From Longimicrobiales bacterium (GTDB lineage: Bacteria > Gemmatimonadota > Gemmatimonadetes > Longimicrobiales > Gaopeijiaceae), in NCBI GenBank assembly GCA_963422615.1, contig OY730414.1, positions 1,410,302 to 1,474,301 of the forward strand: a stretch of 64,000 nucleotides of DNA. The letters run 5' to 3'. The notes beneath the pieces were generated by a model. That model was not told where the DNA came from and ran no database searches. It worked only from the letters and a program-made list of their open reading frames with translations. This document shows, in pieces, positions 1-10,406 of this stretch (the first letter of the stretch is position 1; each line of letters starts with the position of its first letter). The translations under genes were made by a program, and so were the position numbers.

Positions 1-74
1 ACGAACACCGCCGCGCAGAAGGCCAAGTAGACGAACCCACGGACTCGGTCTGCCGGACTTGTCGCGGCCATCAC
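1..74 (-). CDS. ABC transporter permease (PotC-like), 5' end only, runs off window
   Basis: GTG(74)/ATG(71) just after the upstream permease stop; reads MAATSPADRVRGFVYLAFCAAVF, start of a hydrophobic helix; fourth position in operon. Confidence 0.6.
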   Translation of the reverse strand, partial: MMAATSPADRVRGFVYLAFCAAVF

Positions 75-75
75 C

Positions 76-1296
76 TCATCCCAAGCTCATGCGTTCAACC
101 CCGACGAGGCGGTCATAGACCCAGTAGAGCATGAGCACGCCCGCCAGCAGGATGACCCCCAGCGCCGCTGCAAGACCCCAGTTGAGAGAGGTCTGCATGT
201 GATAGGCGACCATATTGGCAATGAGCTGGCCGCTGCTTCCTCCCACAAGCGCCGGGGTAATATAGAAGCCGATGGCCAGGATGAACACGAGGAGCGACCC
301 GGCGCCCACGCCCGGAAGGGTCTGTGGCCAGTAGATCCGCCGGAAGGCCTGGAACCGTCCTGCACCCAAGGAGGCGGCGGCGCTCATGTGCAGACGGGGA
401 ATGGATCGCATGACCGAGTAGAGCGGCAGCACCATGAAGGGCAGCAAGATGTGGGTCATCGCCACGAAGGTGCCGATCATGTTGTACACGAGGGCGAGCC
501 TGCCGTCGTCGTCAAATAGCCCGAAAAAGACAAGCGCGTCGTTGACGACGCCCTGGGTCTGGAGCAGCACGATCCAGGAGGTCGTCCGGACCAGCAGCGA
601 TGTCCAGAAAGGGACGAGCACCAGCATCAGAAGAAGATTCTGCCGGTTGGCCGGTGCATGGGCGATGAGGTGCGCGACCGGATATCCCAGAAGTAGACAA
701 AGTCCGGTGACACCCAGGCTCACCAACAGAGTCCGCCCTAGCAAGGGGACATAAATTCGGCGTTCCTCGGGCTGGGGGCCGACTGATCCGTCGGGCAGGC
801 GCTGCAGGTCAATGGCGTTGAGGTAGTGCCGCGCCGTGAAGCGCTCCCCGGCGCTTCGGATTGCGTGCCACGTCGTCGGCTTGGCCCAGGCGGTATCCAT
901 GCCGATCATGGCCCCCTTCCAGGGCCCGCCTTCTGCGTCCCTCAGCCGGCGGGTACTGCGGGTCAGCACGCTGCGCAGACCACCCTCCACCCGATTGATC
1001 CGGCTGGCGATCTGGCCGAGCGTCCGTTCCCTTTGCGCTCTGACCAGCTCCCGGGCTAACGCGCCGTAAACCGCCTCCTCCGGTACGCTCTCCCCGTCCC
1101 ATTCGGCCAGCAACGCGAGGGTTTCGGGCAACGCGTCCGCAACAACCGGATCGTGAACGCTGCGAAAGAGCATGGTCGCAAGCGGGGCAATGAAGGTCAC
1201 GACGACAAAAGTCAGCAAGGGCAGCACCAACAGTGCGGCGAGAAGCTTCGGTCGACGTCCGGGGCTTGCTCGGGCCCCGTCCAAGGCTCGGCTCAC
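76..1296 (-). CDS. polyamine/opine-type ABC transporter permease (PotB-like)
   Basis: TM helices, PFWTSLLVRT, LPFMVLPLY and EAA-like AAASLGA loop. Confidence 0.9.
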   Translation of the reverse strand: MSRALDGARASPGRRPKLLAALLVLPLLTFVVVTFIAPLATMLFRSVHDPVVADALPETLALLAEWDGESVPEEAVYGALARELVRAQRERTLGQIASRINRVEGGLRSVLTRSTRRLRDAEGGPWKGAMIGMDTAWAKPTTWHAIRSAGERFTARHYLNAIDLQRLPDGSVGPQPEERRIYVPLLGRTLLVSLGVTGLCLLLGYPVAHLIAHAPANRQNLLLMLVLVPFWTSLLVRTTSWIVLLQTQGVVNDALVFFGLFDDDGRLALVYNMIGTFVAMTHILLPFMVLPLYSVMRSIPRLHMSAAASLGAGRFQAFRRIYWPQTLPGVGAGSLLVFILAIGFYITPALVGGSSGQLIANMVAYHMQTSLNWGLAAALGVILLAGVLMLYWVYDRLVGVERMSLG

Positions 1297-1365
1297 GGGC
1301 GGCGTTTTTTCTGGCCAGGCGTACGCGGATCCGGTCCCTTCACGGGCCGCGGTGGGACTTCTTGA

Positions 1366-2535
1366 TCATCGGGCCAGCCAAGCACTGAAGCGCTCGTTCA
1401 TCTCATCCCCATGGTCGCTCCACCACGCCCAGTCATCCCGAAGAGCCCGCACGGTGTTCTCGGAGTTCGTGGGCATGTGCGGGTCCATGTCCACGCCGGT
1501 CTCCAGGTGAGTCGCAACCAGGGCCATCCCGGACCGGCGGGTCGGAGCGTAGGAGATGTAACGACTGATCCTGGCCAGGGATTCCGCGGTCGAGGCAAAA
1601 GTGACGAAACGCAGGGCGCCTTCCAGGTTTCGCGTTCCCGACACGATCCCGAACTGGGCCGTAGCAAGGATCTGACCGTCCCAAACGATTTCGAAGGGCT
1701 GGTTCTCGAGCACCTGGGCGTTGAAGATGCGGCCATTGTAGGCCGTGCTCATCACAACTTCCCCGTCGGCCAGCATTTGCGGCGGCTGGGCTCCCGCTTC
1801 CCACCACACGATTTGGTCTTTGATGGTGTCGAGTTTGCGGAAGGCCCGTTCCGCGCCCTCCGGCGCGGCGAGGGTGGTGTACACTTCGTCAATGGGAACC
1901 CCGTCTGCGATGAGCGCGAACTCCAGGTTGGCCTGCGGCAGACGACGCATGCCGCGGCGGCCCGGAAACTTCTCCAAGTCGAAAAAGTCTGCCATGGAGG
2001 TCGGTTTTTCTCCGGTGATCTTCTCCCGGTTGTAGGCATAGACTGTGGAGTAGAACAACGTAGCGACCCCGCAATCGGTCAGGGTTTCCGGGACGAAGTC
2101 TTCCTCCGCCGGCGTGCCGTCGGGGGCGGGCTCCAGCAAGCTGGCGTCGAAGGGCTCCAGGAGTCCTTCGTCACAACCGCGCACTGCGTCGGCTAACTCC
2201 ATGTCGACCACGTCCCAGTGGACGTTGCCTACATCCACCTGGGCTCGAATCTGGGCCAAACCGCCGTTGTAGTCCTCAACGTGGATGTCTATGCCCGTGG
2301 CAGCGCTGAACGGTTCGAACCATGCCCTGGTGGAGGCGCGTCCGTAGGATCCTCCCCAGGTCACCACGTTCAGTGATGGGGCTTCGCGGGGTGTCTGACC
2401 GCCTGCTTCCTGCTCTCTCCGTCCGCCGTCGGCAGCCGGGCGATCCGCGCCCCGTTCCCCGCAACCTGCGGCCAGAGCGGTCAGAGCGGTGGCGAAGAAG
2501 GTGATCCGGGTCGGGTGTCTCCGTTTGTTGCTCAT
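1366..2535 (-). CDS. ABC transporter substrate-binding lipoprotein (PotD/PotF-like)
   Basis: lipobox AAGC; TWGGSY, WDVVD, FPGRRG, YNGR motifs. Confidence 0.9.
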   Translation of the reverse strand: MSNKRRHPTRITFFATALTALAAGCGERGADRPAADGGRREQEAGGQTPREAPSLNVVTWGGSYGRASTRAWFEPFSAATGIDIHVEDYNGGLAQIRAQVDVGNVHWDVVDMELADAVRGCDEGLLEPFDASLLEPAPDGTPAEEDFVPETLTDCGVATLFYSTVYAYNREKITGEKPTSMADFFDLEKFPGRRGMRRLPQANLEFALIADGVPIDEVYTTLAAPEGAERAFRKLDTIKDQIVWWEAGAQPPQMLADGEVVMSTAYNGRIFNAQVLENQPFEIVWDGQILATAQFGIVSGTRNLEGALRFVTFASTAESLARISRYISYAPTRRSGMALVATHLETGVDMDPHMPTNSENTVRALRDDWAWWSDHGDEMNERFSAWLAR

Positions 2536-3659
2536 GTTGTTTCCTCTTCATCGTCGTCCGGGTTGAGGGCCCGGCAGTCCGTCGGCGTCCAGCCCACCCG
2601 GATGCGGTCGCCTTCAAGCACCGCTCCGTGACCCACCGTGTTGGGGATCTTGGCGATGAAGTCTTTGCGGCCGCACACCTCCAGGCGAAGGCGTAAGTGA
2701 TCCCCCAGGAAGGTTATGTCTTCGATCCCGGCGTCCAGTTCGTTGGTGTACAGACCAGGCTCGGGCTCAACCGCGACCCGTTCCGGGCGGATCGACAGCG
2801 TCGTGGCGTCCCCCGGTTGGCAGGATGCGACCCGCAGCGCCCGCACGATCCGACCTCCGGTCTTCACTTCGCAGATATCCCCGTCCGCCTTTGTCACCCG
2901 GCCGGGCAGGCGGTTGTTCTCTCCGATGAATCGGGCCACGAAGGCCCGCTCCGGTTCTTCGTACAGGGTTTCGGGCGCTGCCACCTGCTCGATTCGGCCC
3001 CCGCGCAACACCGCGATGCGGTCCGACATCACCATCGCTTCCTGTTGATCGTGGGTGACGTACACCACCGTGACGCCCAGGCTTCGGTGAATGCGACGGA
3101 TCTCGTACTGCATCTCCTCGCGCAGCCGCCGGTCGAGGGCACCCAGGGGCTCGTCCATCAGGACCAGGCTGGGCTCGAAGACCAGAGCCCGAGCGATGGC
3201 CACCCGCTGTTGCTGGCCGCCGGAGAGCTGGCCAGGACGTCGGTCCTCCATGCCCTTCAGACGCACCAACCGCAGGACCCGCTCGATTCGTTCCTGTTGC
3301 TGCTCCCGGCCGATCCCTCGCACCTCCAGCGGGAAGGCGAGGTTGCGGCCCACCGTCATGTGGGGGAAGAGGGCGTAGTTCTGAAACACCATGCCGATGC
3401 CGCGCTTGCGAGGCGGGAGGTTGTGTACCGAACGGCCCCCGATCCGAATCACGCCCGTGGTCAGCGATTCGAAGCCCGCAAGCATCATCAGGGACGTCGT
3501 CTTTCCCGACCCGGATGGCCCCAGCATGGTCAGAAACTCTCCCTGGTGCACCCGGAGGTTGAGGTCGCTCACCACCATGGTATGGCCGTCGTAGCTCTTG
3601 CCGACGCCTTCGAAGTCGACATACGCGGCGTCGCCAGGGCTCCCCTCGTTCGGATTCAC
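2532..3659 (-). CDS. ABC transporter ATP-binding protein (PotA-like)
   Basis: Walker [17 protein letters not shown], Walker B LMDEP, C-terminal TOBE-like region. Confidence 0.93.
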   Translation of the reverse strand: MNPNEGSPGDAAYVDFEGVGKSYDGHTMVVSDLNLRVHQGEFLTMLGPSGSGKTTSLMMLAGFESLTTGVIRIGGRSVHNLPPRKRGIGMVFQNYALFPHMTVGRNLAFPLEVRGIGREQQQERIERVLRLVRLKGMEDRRPGQLSGGQQQRVAIARALVFEPSLVLMDEPLGALDRRLREEMQYEIRRIHRSLGVTVVYVTHDQQEAMVMSDRIAVLRGGRIEQVAAPETLYEEPERAFVARFIGENNRLPGRVTKADGDICEVKTGGRIVRALRVASCQPGDATTLSIRPERVAVEPEPGLYTNELDAGIEDITFLGDHLRLRLEVCGRKDFIAKIPNTVGHGAVLEGDRIRVGWTPTDCRALNPDDDEEETT

Positions 3660-3861
3660 TGCGGGTAAAGTCCTTAATCTCCCTTTTGTGGCCGGGTGTG
3701 TCCTTTAGCCCTACTTTGCCCGCGCGCGACGGCTCCGCACCCCTGACGGACTGTATGCGCACCCTTCAACCCGGACCGGCCAGTACGGGTCCACCAGCAT
3801 CCGAGTTGTCCTTCTGCCCCTGTGTGCAAGCCCCCGCCGGGGTACGATTTCCCGGGGGCGT

Positions 3862-4377
3862 TCAGGTGCCGAAGAAGACCTCGCTGAATTCGAGAGCTCC
3901 GCCTTCGGACAGGCTAGCCCTCTGAAGATACTCAACCTTTCCGTCGAACGACACCGAGAGAATGATCTCCGCAGCCATGAGGCTATGGTTGGTCAGGCGA
4001 ACGAAGAACCGGTGCGTACCCTCAATCTCGTACGCTCGGGTGAAGTCGGGCCGGACGAAAGCCGTGTCTGCTTGCAAGAGTTGGGTGTAAGTGGCTCCCG
4101 CATCGAAGTTCTGCACTCGGAGGAAATCGTCGGAAGTCACGAGCTCCAGGGCGTCTGGCGCGTCCCCTGTGATCTCCACCCGTGCGGTGGAAGGCAATGG
4201 CTGGTCGTCATTCAACAGACCGCACCCCACCGGCGCCAAGGCGAAAACGACGGCAGCCGCAACGACCCGGGCCGCCTCCCCGACGGCCGGACGGGGGCCG
4301 ACCCGAACCCGAGGGGGCTCGGCGGTCCTGGTCGCCGAACCCCCCGCCAACCGTCCGCATCGGCTCGTCTTCCCCAC
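3862..4377 (-). CDS. hypothetical lipoprotein downstream of susD
   Basis: hydrophobic stretch ending APVGC then beta-rich domain; start uncertain (first in-frame GTG after SusD stop). Confidence 0.6.
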   Translation of the reverse strand: MGKTSRCGRLAGGSATRTAEPPRVRVGPRPAVGEAARVVAAAVVFALAPVGCGLLNDDQPLPSTARVEITGDAPDALELVTSDDFLRVQNFDAGATYTQLLQADTAFVRPDFTRAYEIEGTHRFFVRLTNHSLMAAEIILSVSFDGKVEYLQRASLSEGGALEFSEVFFGT

Positions 4378-4406
4378 GAGCCCGACGCCCGACCGACGCG
4401 TCCCGC

Positions 4407-5756
4407 TCAGGTCGGCTTGGTCAGGTTGGGGTTGCCTTCGTACTCCTCCAGGGGTAACGGGAAGCAGGTCGCGTTGCCGTAGGAGCCCCACTCACTGGTG
4501 GGATGGGTCCCTGCCGGGAAGAAGTCTCCCACACCCTGATTCTTCCAGCGCCGAAGGTCACCCAGCCTGAATCCGCCCAGGTACATGTCCCTGGCGCGTT
4601 GCTCCCGCAATTCGGCCATCAACGCATCCCCCGAAAGGTTGATCGGTTCTTGGCCGCCGAAGGCGCGCCGGGCGTTGACGAAGTCCAGCGTCGACCCCGC
4701 GGGACCGGTGCCGCCGGAGCCTGCGGCTTCGTACAGGTGATGAAGGGCCTCCAGCCCGGATGCCATCTTGATATCTGTGCCTCGCTCGTAGAAGGGCGGC
4801 GACCCACCGCTGGCAATGGCCTCCCCATTGAAGCCGCTGAAGGGCAGAGACTGATACGGCTTGTACAGCCGGGTCAGGCGGTTGTGTCCCAGGGACCAAC
4901 TGGGCGTGTGCTGAAGGCGCGGGTCGGTCTGGCTGGTGACGAGATCCTTGTCCCCGAAGGTGCCGTTCAGGAATTCGGGGTGGACGCCCAGGGAGTGATT
5001 TCCGCCGTTGATTCGGCCCCAGAGGACCAAGTCGGTCCCGCCGTCCGAGGTCTGTTCATATTCAACCCAGTGCACGAAGTCCTGGGGCACGGAGGATGCA
5101 TACTGCACGACCTGGCTCCCATTGCCCAAGTTGAGGTGAGTTCGGGCGAGGCCGACCCGAGCCAAGTTCACCAAGTCCTCCCGTCCCGCTGCCCCGGCGA
5201 CCTGCATGCCGTCTTCCAGGCGGGTGAGGCCCCGTTCGTATATCTGCGCCTGCGACGAAATAGTTTCGTCCACGTCAAAGACGGCTTCACACATGGCATC
5301 GCCCAGGATGATGTGGGAATACCCGGCGTAGATCAACGCCGTCGCCATGCGTTCGTCCGAGCCCGGGTCGGCAAGCAGCGTACGGAACCGGCCCGATACG
5401 CTGTCCGCCATGGCCCGGGCCGCGCTGATGGCGGAGAACATAAAGTCCGGATCTCCTTCATCGTAGCGAACCAACCGCTGGTTGAGCCGGGCCGTGGACT
5501 CCCAGTTGATGCCCGTGATCTGCTCGTCCGTGAACATGCTTCCCCGCCAGATGAACGGGTCGTCGTACATGGCCGAGAACTCGCCTATGACGCTGTTTGT
5601 CAGAACTTCCACCAAGAGCGCGTCGTTGAGCTGTTCCTCGCTGATTCGCTCGGGGTTGTTCACCTTCAGCAGATCGTCAAACGTGTCACAGGTTGCCACG
5701 GCTCCGAGCCCCGCTGCCACCACGGCGAGCCGGAGCATCTTGTTGAATCGGATCAT
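4407..5756 (-). CDS. SusD/RagB-like outer-membrane lipoprotein
   Basis: lipoprotein signal (VATC-D), ARVGLARTHL, VNARR, REQRARDMYLGGFRLGDLRRW, C-terminal PLPLEEYEGNPNL. Confidence 0.88.
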   Translation of the reverse strand: MIRFNKMLRLAVVAAGLGAVATCDTFDDLLKVNNPERISEEQLNDALLVEVLTNSVIGEFSAMYDDPFIWRGSMFTDEQITGINWESTARLNQRLVRYDEGDPDFMFSAISAARAMADSVSGRFRTLLADPGSDERMATALIYAGYSHIILGDAMCEAVFDVDETISSQAQIYERGLTRLEDGMQVAGAAGREDLVNLARVGLARTHLNLGNGSQVVQYASSVPQDFVHWVEYEQTSDGGTDLVLWGRINGGNHSLGVHPEFLNGTFGDKDLVTSQTDPRLQHTPSWSLGHNRLTRLYKPYQSLPFSGFNGEAIASGGSPPFYERGTDIKMASGLEALHHLYEAAGSGGTGPAGSTLDFVNARRAFGGQEPINLSGDALMAELREQRARDMYLGGFRLGDLRRWKNQGVGDFFPAGTHPTSEWGSYGNATCFPLPLEEYEGNPNLTKPT

Positions 5757-5768
5757 CTTCGTCCTCCT

Positions 5769-8700
5769 CTAGAACTGCAGGGCGACCGACGCCGAGAACC
5801 TGCGGGTCATTGGCGTGGATGCATAATCGAGTTGGGTATAGTCGGAACGGCTGTAAAAGGATACCTCGGGGTCGGAGGTTCCCCCGTATCGGGTCCACAT
5901 CCAGATGTTTCGCCCCGAAAGTGTCAGGGTTGTTCGGTCGGCGCGGAAGGCAGAACTCCACTCCCCGGGAAGGGTGTAGCTCAGGGATACTTCTCTCAGC
6001 TTCAGTAAGTCCGCCGGGAAGATATGGGTCTTCGTCTGGCGGCTGCGCCAGACGGCGACTTCAGCCGGAGTCGCGTCCGGGTTGTTCACTTCCCAGGAAT
6101 TCCGGTCAATGCGATTCCGAATGGAGCATATCGCGCACCACTGGTAGTTGCCACCCTTGTAGTCCATCTGCGTGAAGATGCGTAGATTGCCCATCACGGT
6201 GAAGGTATTGGAAAGGCCCAGCTCCCGAGTCGGAAGTTGCGGTCCTACGAAGACTTCGTTTTCGTAGTCCACGATGGCGGCGCCGCTTGACGTTAGAACG
6301 GGATTTCCGTTTTCATCTCGTTGTACGTCCACATACCAGAAGCCCCCGAGAGGATATCCTTCAATGTGCTTCTGCACCTGGGCGAACGCCCCGAAAGTGA
6401 TGTCCTCCAGGGCGCCGCCGAACGACACGAGTTCGTTGGAATTCGTATAGAACGAAAGCGTGGCGTCCCACTGTAAATTGCGCTGGTAGACCGGCGTACC
6501 CGTCAGCAAGGCCTCGAAGCCGCTGTTGGAAATCTCCCCGATGTTGACGAAGTGGCTGCCGCTGAATCCGCTGGAGGGGGGATCGGGCACCTGGACGAGG
6601 GCATCCCTGGTGTTCTGGTTGTAGTAGGTGAATTCGAGAGCCGCTCTTCCTCCCAGAAAGGACGCGTCGAAACCGATCTCCAACTCCGAACCGGTCTCCG
6701 CCTTGAGGTCCGGGTTGCCGTAGGACGCCGTGGACAGCTGGTTTACCCCCTGATCGCCGACGACGGTGACGTCGGGCGCGAAGGCCCGGTCGGCAGTGAA
6801 GGGTGCCGGCGCCTTTCCGGCCTGGCCCCAAGCGGTTCGGAGTTTCAGCTCGTCCACGTGGGGCACGCTGAAGAAATCCTCGTCGGAGATGATGTACGAC
6901 GCCGACGCCTTCGGGTAGACCACAAGGGAGAAGTCGCTTCCGAAGGCCGAATTGTCGTCCACGCGGACCGCGACGGTGGTGTAGAGGCGATCCCGCCAAG
7001 CCGCTTGTTCCTGCACGTATACCCCGAGAGAGGTCTGTTCCACGAACTGCTGGGAAGCTCGAGTGACCGCCGCGGTGCCGACGAGGTTGAGGTTGTTGGC
7101 GACCAGCCCCTCTCCGGTCACGCTGTGGGACTCGTACTGGTCCCGGATGAGCTGCACTCCGAAGGACAGGGAGGAGCCCAGGTCGTTGGTCACATCGGCC
7201 GTCATGGTGCCTGAATAATCAACGGTCCAGAAGTGGCTGACGGGCAAGAAACGGTTGACCGTGCCCGTTGCATTCGTGGCCCCCCAAGGTTGGGCTCCCG
7301 TGGTGTCGATCTCGTAGAACAGGGTGTTGATTCTGTCCTGCTTGTCCATGCCCAGGGTGAGGCGGTTGGAGAACCAATCCATGGGCTGATAGTTGACGGT
7401 GAAGCCGATGGTCGTGCGCTCGCCTTCGGTCTGGTTGTCGTACTGATTCGAGAGCGTGGGCCCGAAGCCCCGGAATCCGTCTTCCCACGGCGCGGAGGAT
7501 CCGGGCCTGCCCCGGAATCCGTTACGGAGGATCGAGTTCGAAGAGTTGTTGTTGAGGGGCATCCGAACGTGGGTACGGGCGTACCCCATGTTCACCGAGG
7601 CCGAGAAGGTTTCCGATGGCGTGAATCCGAAGTTCGCCCGTCCCGAGGTCCGGTTGGAAAAATTGTTGTAATAGACGCCTTCTTCCCCGCCGTTTTCGTA
7701 GGACAGGTAGTAGTTGAAGGCGTCACCCCCGCCCCGGGCGGAGAGATTGAAGGTGTTGAGGTCGGCGTAGTCGTCGGGGCCTCCCTGGTTCTGCCGGAGG
7801 GCCAGGGGGTGGCGCTTTACGGGATCGTCCGTCAGTACCGTATTCTCGGCCACGCCGGCGCAGCCTGGGTAGATGTCCGGGTCCGCGATGTTCGAAGCGG
7901 TGCATTTCCAATGGTTGGTCGGCGTGTCCAGCGCCCATTCGCTGTAGCCCATGTCAAAGGAGGCGTTCCACTGAATCCCGGATCCGGCGCGCCCCTTCTT
8001 GGTAAAGATCTGGATCACGCCTCCGGCGGCGTCGGCCCCGTACAGGGTGGCTGCCGCGGGTCCCTTGATCGTCTCGACGGACTCAATGTCGTTCGGGTTG
8101 ATGAAGTCGAGGGCATTCGTGCCCTGAACGACCCCGTTGCCGGTGCTGTAGCCGTTCTGGGTCCCGGACTCTACCCGGATTCCGTCAATGTAGATTACCG
8201 GCTCCAAGCCGGCGGACAGGGAGCCCGCCCCACGAATCCGGAGTTTGGAGCTGGCGCCGGCCTGCCCGGAGCTGGACAAAAGCGTCAGGCCTGGGGTCCG
8301 GGCGGTCAGGAGTTCCTGCACGTTGCTGATCGGCGCGATCTCCACGACCTGGGCGGCGTCGATCCTGGACACGGTGTTGCCCACCGAACGTTCCTGGGTT
8401 TCCCGGGCCGTTCCCGTGATCACGATCTGGTCCAGCTGAAGCGCCGTCTGAGAGAGTTGGAAGTCCAGAACCGCGGTTTCGCCGCTGGCGACGGTCACCG
8501 TTTGGGTGACGGTGCGGAAGCCGATGAACTGGACCCGGACCGTTTGGGTGCCGGTGGGAACGTTGAGAATCAGGTACTGGCCGGAGGTGTTGGTGATCCC
8601 GCCTCGGCGAATTCCCTCAATATCGATCTGAGCTCCGCCCAGCGCCCGCTGGGTGATCGCGTCCACGACCTGTCCCCTCAGGGTGCCGGTCTGGGCCTCG

Positions 8701-8792
8701 GCCGACGGAGGAGGGGGGAGCGCCATCGTAGCAAGGGCGACGACGACGGCCACCCCCAGGTTGACGAAGTTTCTTACTTGTGCTGGTGCCAT
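5769..8792 (-). CDS. SusC/RagA-like TonB-dependent receptor
   Basis: GAGG RBS before ATG 8792; carboxypeptidase-regulatory N-domain; plug INPNDIESVETIKGPAAATLYGADAAGGVIQIFTKKG; GNPDLKAE; terminal Phe. Confidence 0.93.
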   Translation of the reverse strand: MAPAQVRNFVNLGVAVVVALATMALPPPPSAEAQTGTLRGQVVDAITQRALGGAQIDIEGIRRGGITNTSGQYLILNVPTGTQTVRVQFIGFRTVTQTVTVASGETAVLDFQLSQTALQLDQIVITGTARETQERSVGNTVSRIDAAQVVEIAPISNVQELLTARTPGLTLLSSSGQAGASSKLRIRGAGSLSAGLEPVIYIDGIRVESGTQNGYSTGNGVVQGTNALDFINPNDIESVETIKGPAAATLYGADAAGGVIQIFTKKGRAGSGIQWNASFDMGYSEWALDTPTNHWKCTASNIADPDIYPGCAGVAENTVLTDDPVKRHPLALRQNQGGPDDYADLNTFNLSARGGGDAFNYYLSYENGGEEGVYYNNFSNRTSGRANFGFTPSETFSASVNMGYARTHVRMPLNNNSSNSILRNGFRGRPGSSAPWEDGFRGFGPTLSNQYDNQTEGERTTIGFTVNYQPMDWFSNRLTLGMDKQDRINTLFYEIDTTGAQPWGATNATGTVNRFLPVSHFWTVDYSGTMTADVTNDLGSSLSFGVQLIRDQYESHSVTGEGLVANNLNLVGTAAVTRASQQFVEQTSLGVYVQEQAAWRDRLYTTVAVRVDDNSAFGSDFSLVVYPKASASYIISDEDFFSVPHVDELKLRTAWGQAGKAPAPFTADRAFAPDVTVVGDQGVNQLSTASYGNPDLKAETGSELEIGFDASFLGGRAALEFTYYNQNTRDALVQVPDPPSSGFSGSHFVNIGEISNSGFEALLTGTPVYQRNLQWDATLSFYTNSNELVSFGGALEDITFGAFAQVQKHIEGYPLGGFWYVDVQRDENGNPVLTSSGAAIVDYENEVFVGPQLPTRELGLSNTFTVMGNLRIFTQMDYKGGNYQWCAICSIRNRIDRNSWEVNNPDATPAEVAVWRSRQTKTHIFPADLLKLREVSLSYTLPGEWSSAFRADRTTLTLSGRNIWMWTRYGGTSDPEVSFYSRSDYTQLDYASTPMTRRFSASVALQF

Positions 8793-9029
8793 GGCTGTTT
8801 CCTCATGTGCGTGAGTCCCCGGTTCGAATGTGGCTTTCGCCCCGGAGGGGGGGCCCCAGGGCGAATCTTCAAGTGTAGACACGTACGGGTGGGTGGTTCA
8901 TTCGTTACGGACCTTCGTCCCCGCGGCGCCTCGGACATTTGCCGGACTTTTCGTCGTATAGGTAGATGCAGGCAGGAACCGCCCGGTGGCGGTCCATTCG
9001 GCTTGATCCCTGACGGGTAGGAAAAGAGG

Positions 9030-10406
9030 ATGAATCTCTGCGATAGGGCTTGTTCCGCGGCGGTCGGGTGGTGGCGTTGGCTACGGCTACCAGCCGTTGG
9101 GCCTGCGGAGACGACGGGCCTACGAACGCTGGTGGTGAGCCTCGCTGCCTTCTTCGTCTTTTCCGGGAGCTCTTTGTCCGCGGCGGCCCAGCTCCGGACG
9201 GCCGTCCTCGGTCAAGTCGTTGACCAGGATACGCGGTCTCCGGTCTCCGGGGTGGAGATTTCCATTGAAGGTATAGGGGTGCGCGTCACCGACGCCCAGG
9301 GGTTTTTTGCCTTCAACTGGGTGCCCGCCGGTGGTTTTGTGCTCCAAGTGAGCCACGTCGCCTACGGGACGCATGAGATGGATCTCGACAAGGATTCGGA
9401 TCCGGTTCGAGTGACCGTCGAAATATCCAGGGAAGCCATCCGCCTCGCTCCCCTTGTCGTGGAGGGGATGGGCCGCCGGGAGCGGGAACGGCGAGGGACC
9501 GGCCACCAGATCAACCGGATCGGGCGAGAGGAAATCCAAGCCTACGAAGACACCTCGATGAGGCTGGTGGACGTACTCACGGCCCGGGTGCCGGGCGTGC
9601 GCACCACCCGGAGCGGGGTCGTGGGCCAACCGATCTGTCTCGAGTTCCGGGGCGCTCGGTCGGGGAACTTCATTCGCGGGTTGGGGAGCACCGACCCCGG
9701 GTGCAATTCGCCCGAAGTCTATCTGGACGGGGTTCGGGTCCATGGTCCGGCAACCCTTTACGCAACATTGCCCATCGAGACCATCGAGACCATCGAGGTG
9801 GTGCCCCCGTCCGAAGCCGGCGCTCGATTCGGGACGGGTTCGCTCTGGGGCGCGCTGCTCATCGAGACCCGAAAGCCCTGGCTGGACCGGGACGAAGCGG
9901 CGGTTTCCAGCGCCGCGACGGGTCCCCACCGGCACGACTGGTCCTTGGAAACCGGGCCGCACCGGAGCGGACAAGTGTTTCTGGGTGCGGCGGCGGGCAA
10001 TGCAATCGGGCTGGTGGCCGGGATCGGGGTGGGGAGCCAGTGCATCGGCTTCCGGGATTCGGGAGACCATTCGGTCGTCTTCGGCTGCAACGGAACCGCC
10101 ACGGTGGCGGCAGCGGTGGCGGCAGTCGGGCTGCCCGCGCTGGGTGCGGCCCTGGGCGCTCGTTTCGCGGGGGCGACTGAACGTTCCCGGGGGACATTGG
10201 GGGCGGCGCTCATCGGGGCGGGCGTCATCCTCATTCCCGGGTACGCCTTGGGGATTGCGAGTCGGCGCGACGACTCGGACGTACTTGCCGGCGCGGGGCT
10301 TGTCACCTTGGCCATCGCGGTGCCCGTAGTCACGACCGTGGCGGATCGGTTGTTCCGGTCGTTGGGAGGGAGTGGAGGAACCGGAGAAGGTCCCGGCGGT
10401 CGCTGA
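9030..10406 (+). CDS. carboxypeptidase-regulatory-like + TonB plug-like protein with C-terminal membrane helices (no barrel)
   Basis: GQVVDQDT..TDAQGFF N-domain; PEVYLDG..IETIEVV..AGARFG..GALLIETR plug motif; Gly/Ala-rich hydrophobic C-terminus; start uncertain. Confidence 0.72.
   Translation: MNLCDRACSAAVGWWRWLRLPAVGPAETTGLRTLVVSLAAFFVFSGSSLSAAAQLRTAVLGQVVDQDTRSPVSGVEISIEGIGVRVTDAQGFFAFNWVPAGGFVLQVSHVAYGTHEMDLDKDSDPVRVTVEISREAIRLAPLVVEGMGRRERERRGTGHQINRIGREEIQAYEDTSMRLVDVLTARVPGVRTTRSGVVGQPICLEFRGARSGNFIRGLGSTDPGCNSPEVYLDGVRVHGPATLYATLPIETIETIEVVPPSEAGARFGTGSLWGALLIETRKPWLDRDEAAVSSAATGPHRHDWSLETGPHRSGQVFLGAAAGNAIGLVAGIGVGSQCIGFRDSGDHSVVFGCNGTATVAAAVAAVGLPALGAALGARFAGATERSRGTLGAALIGAGVILIPGYALGIASRRDDSDVLAGAGLVTLAIAVPVVTTVADRLFRSLGGSGGTGEGPGGR

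Noticed and set aside
9772..9798. CCATCGAGA x3 as phase-variable tract
   Set aside because: 9-bp in-frame unit encoding IETIETIE of the plug motif; cannot shift frame.
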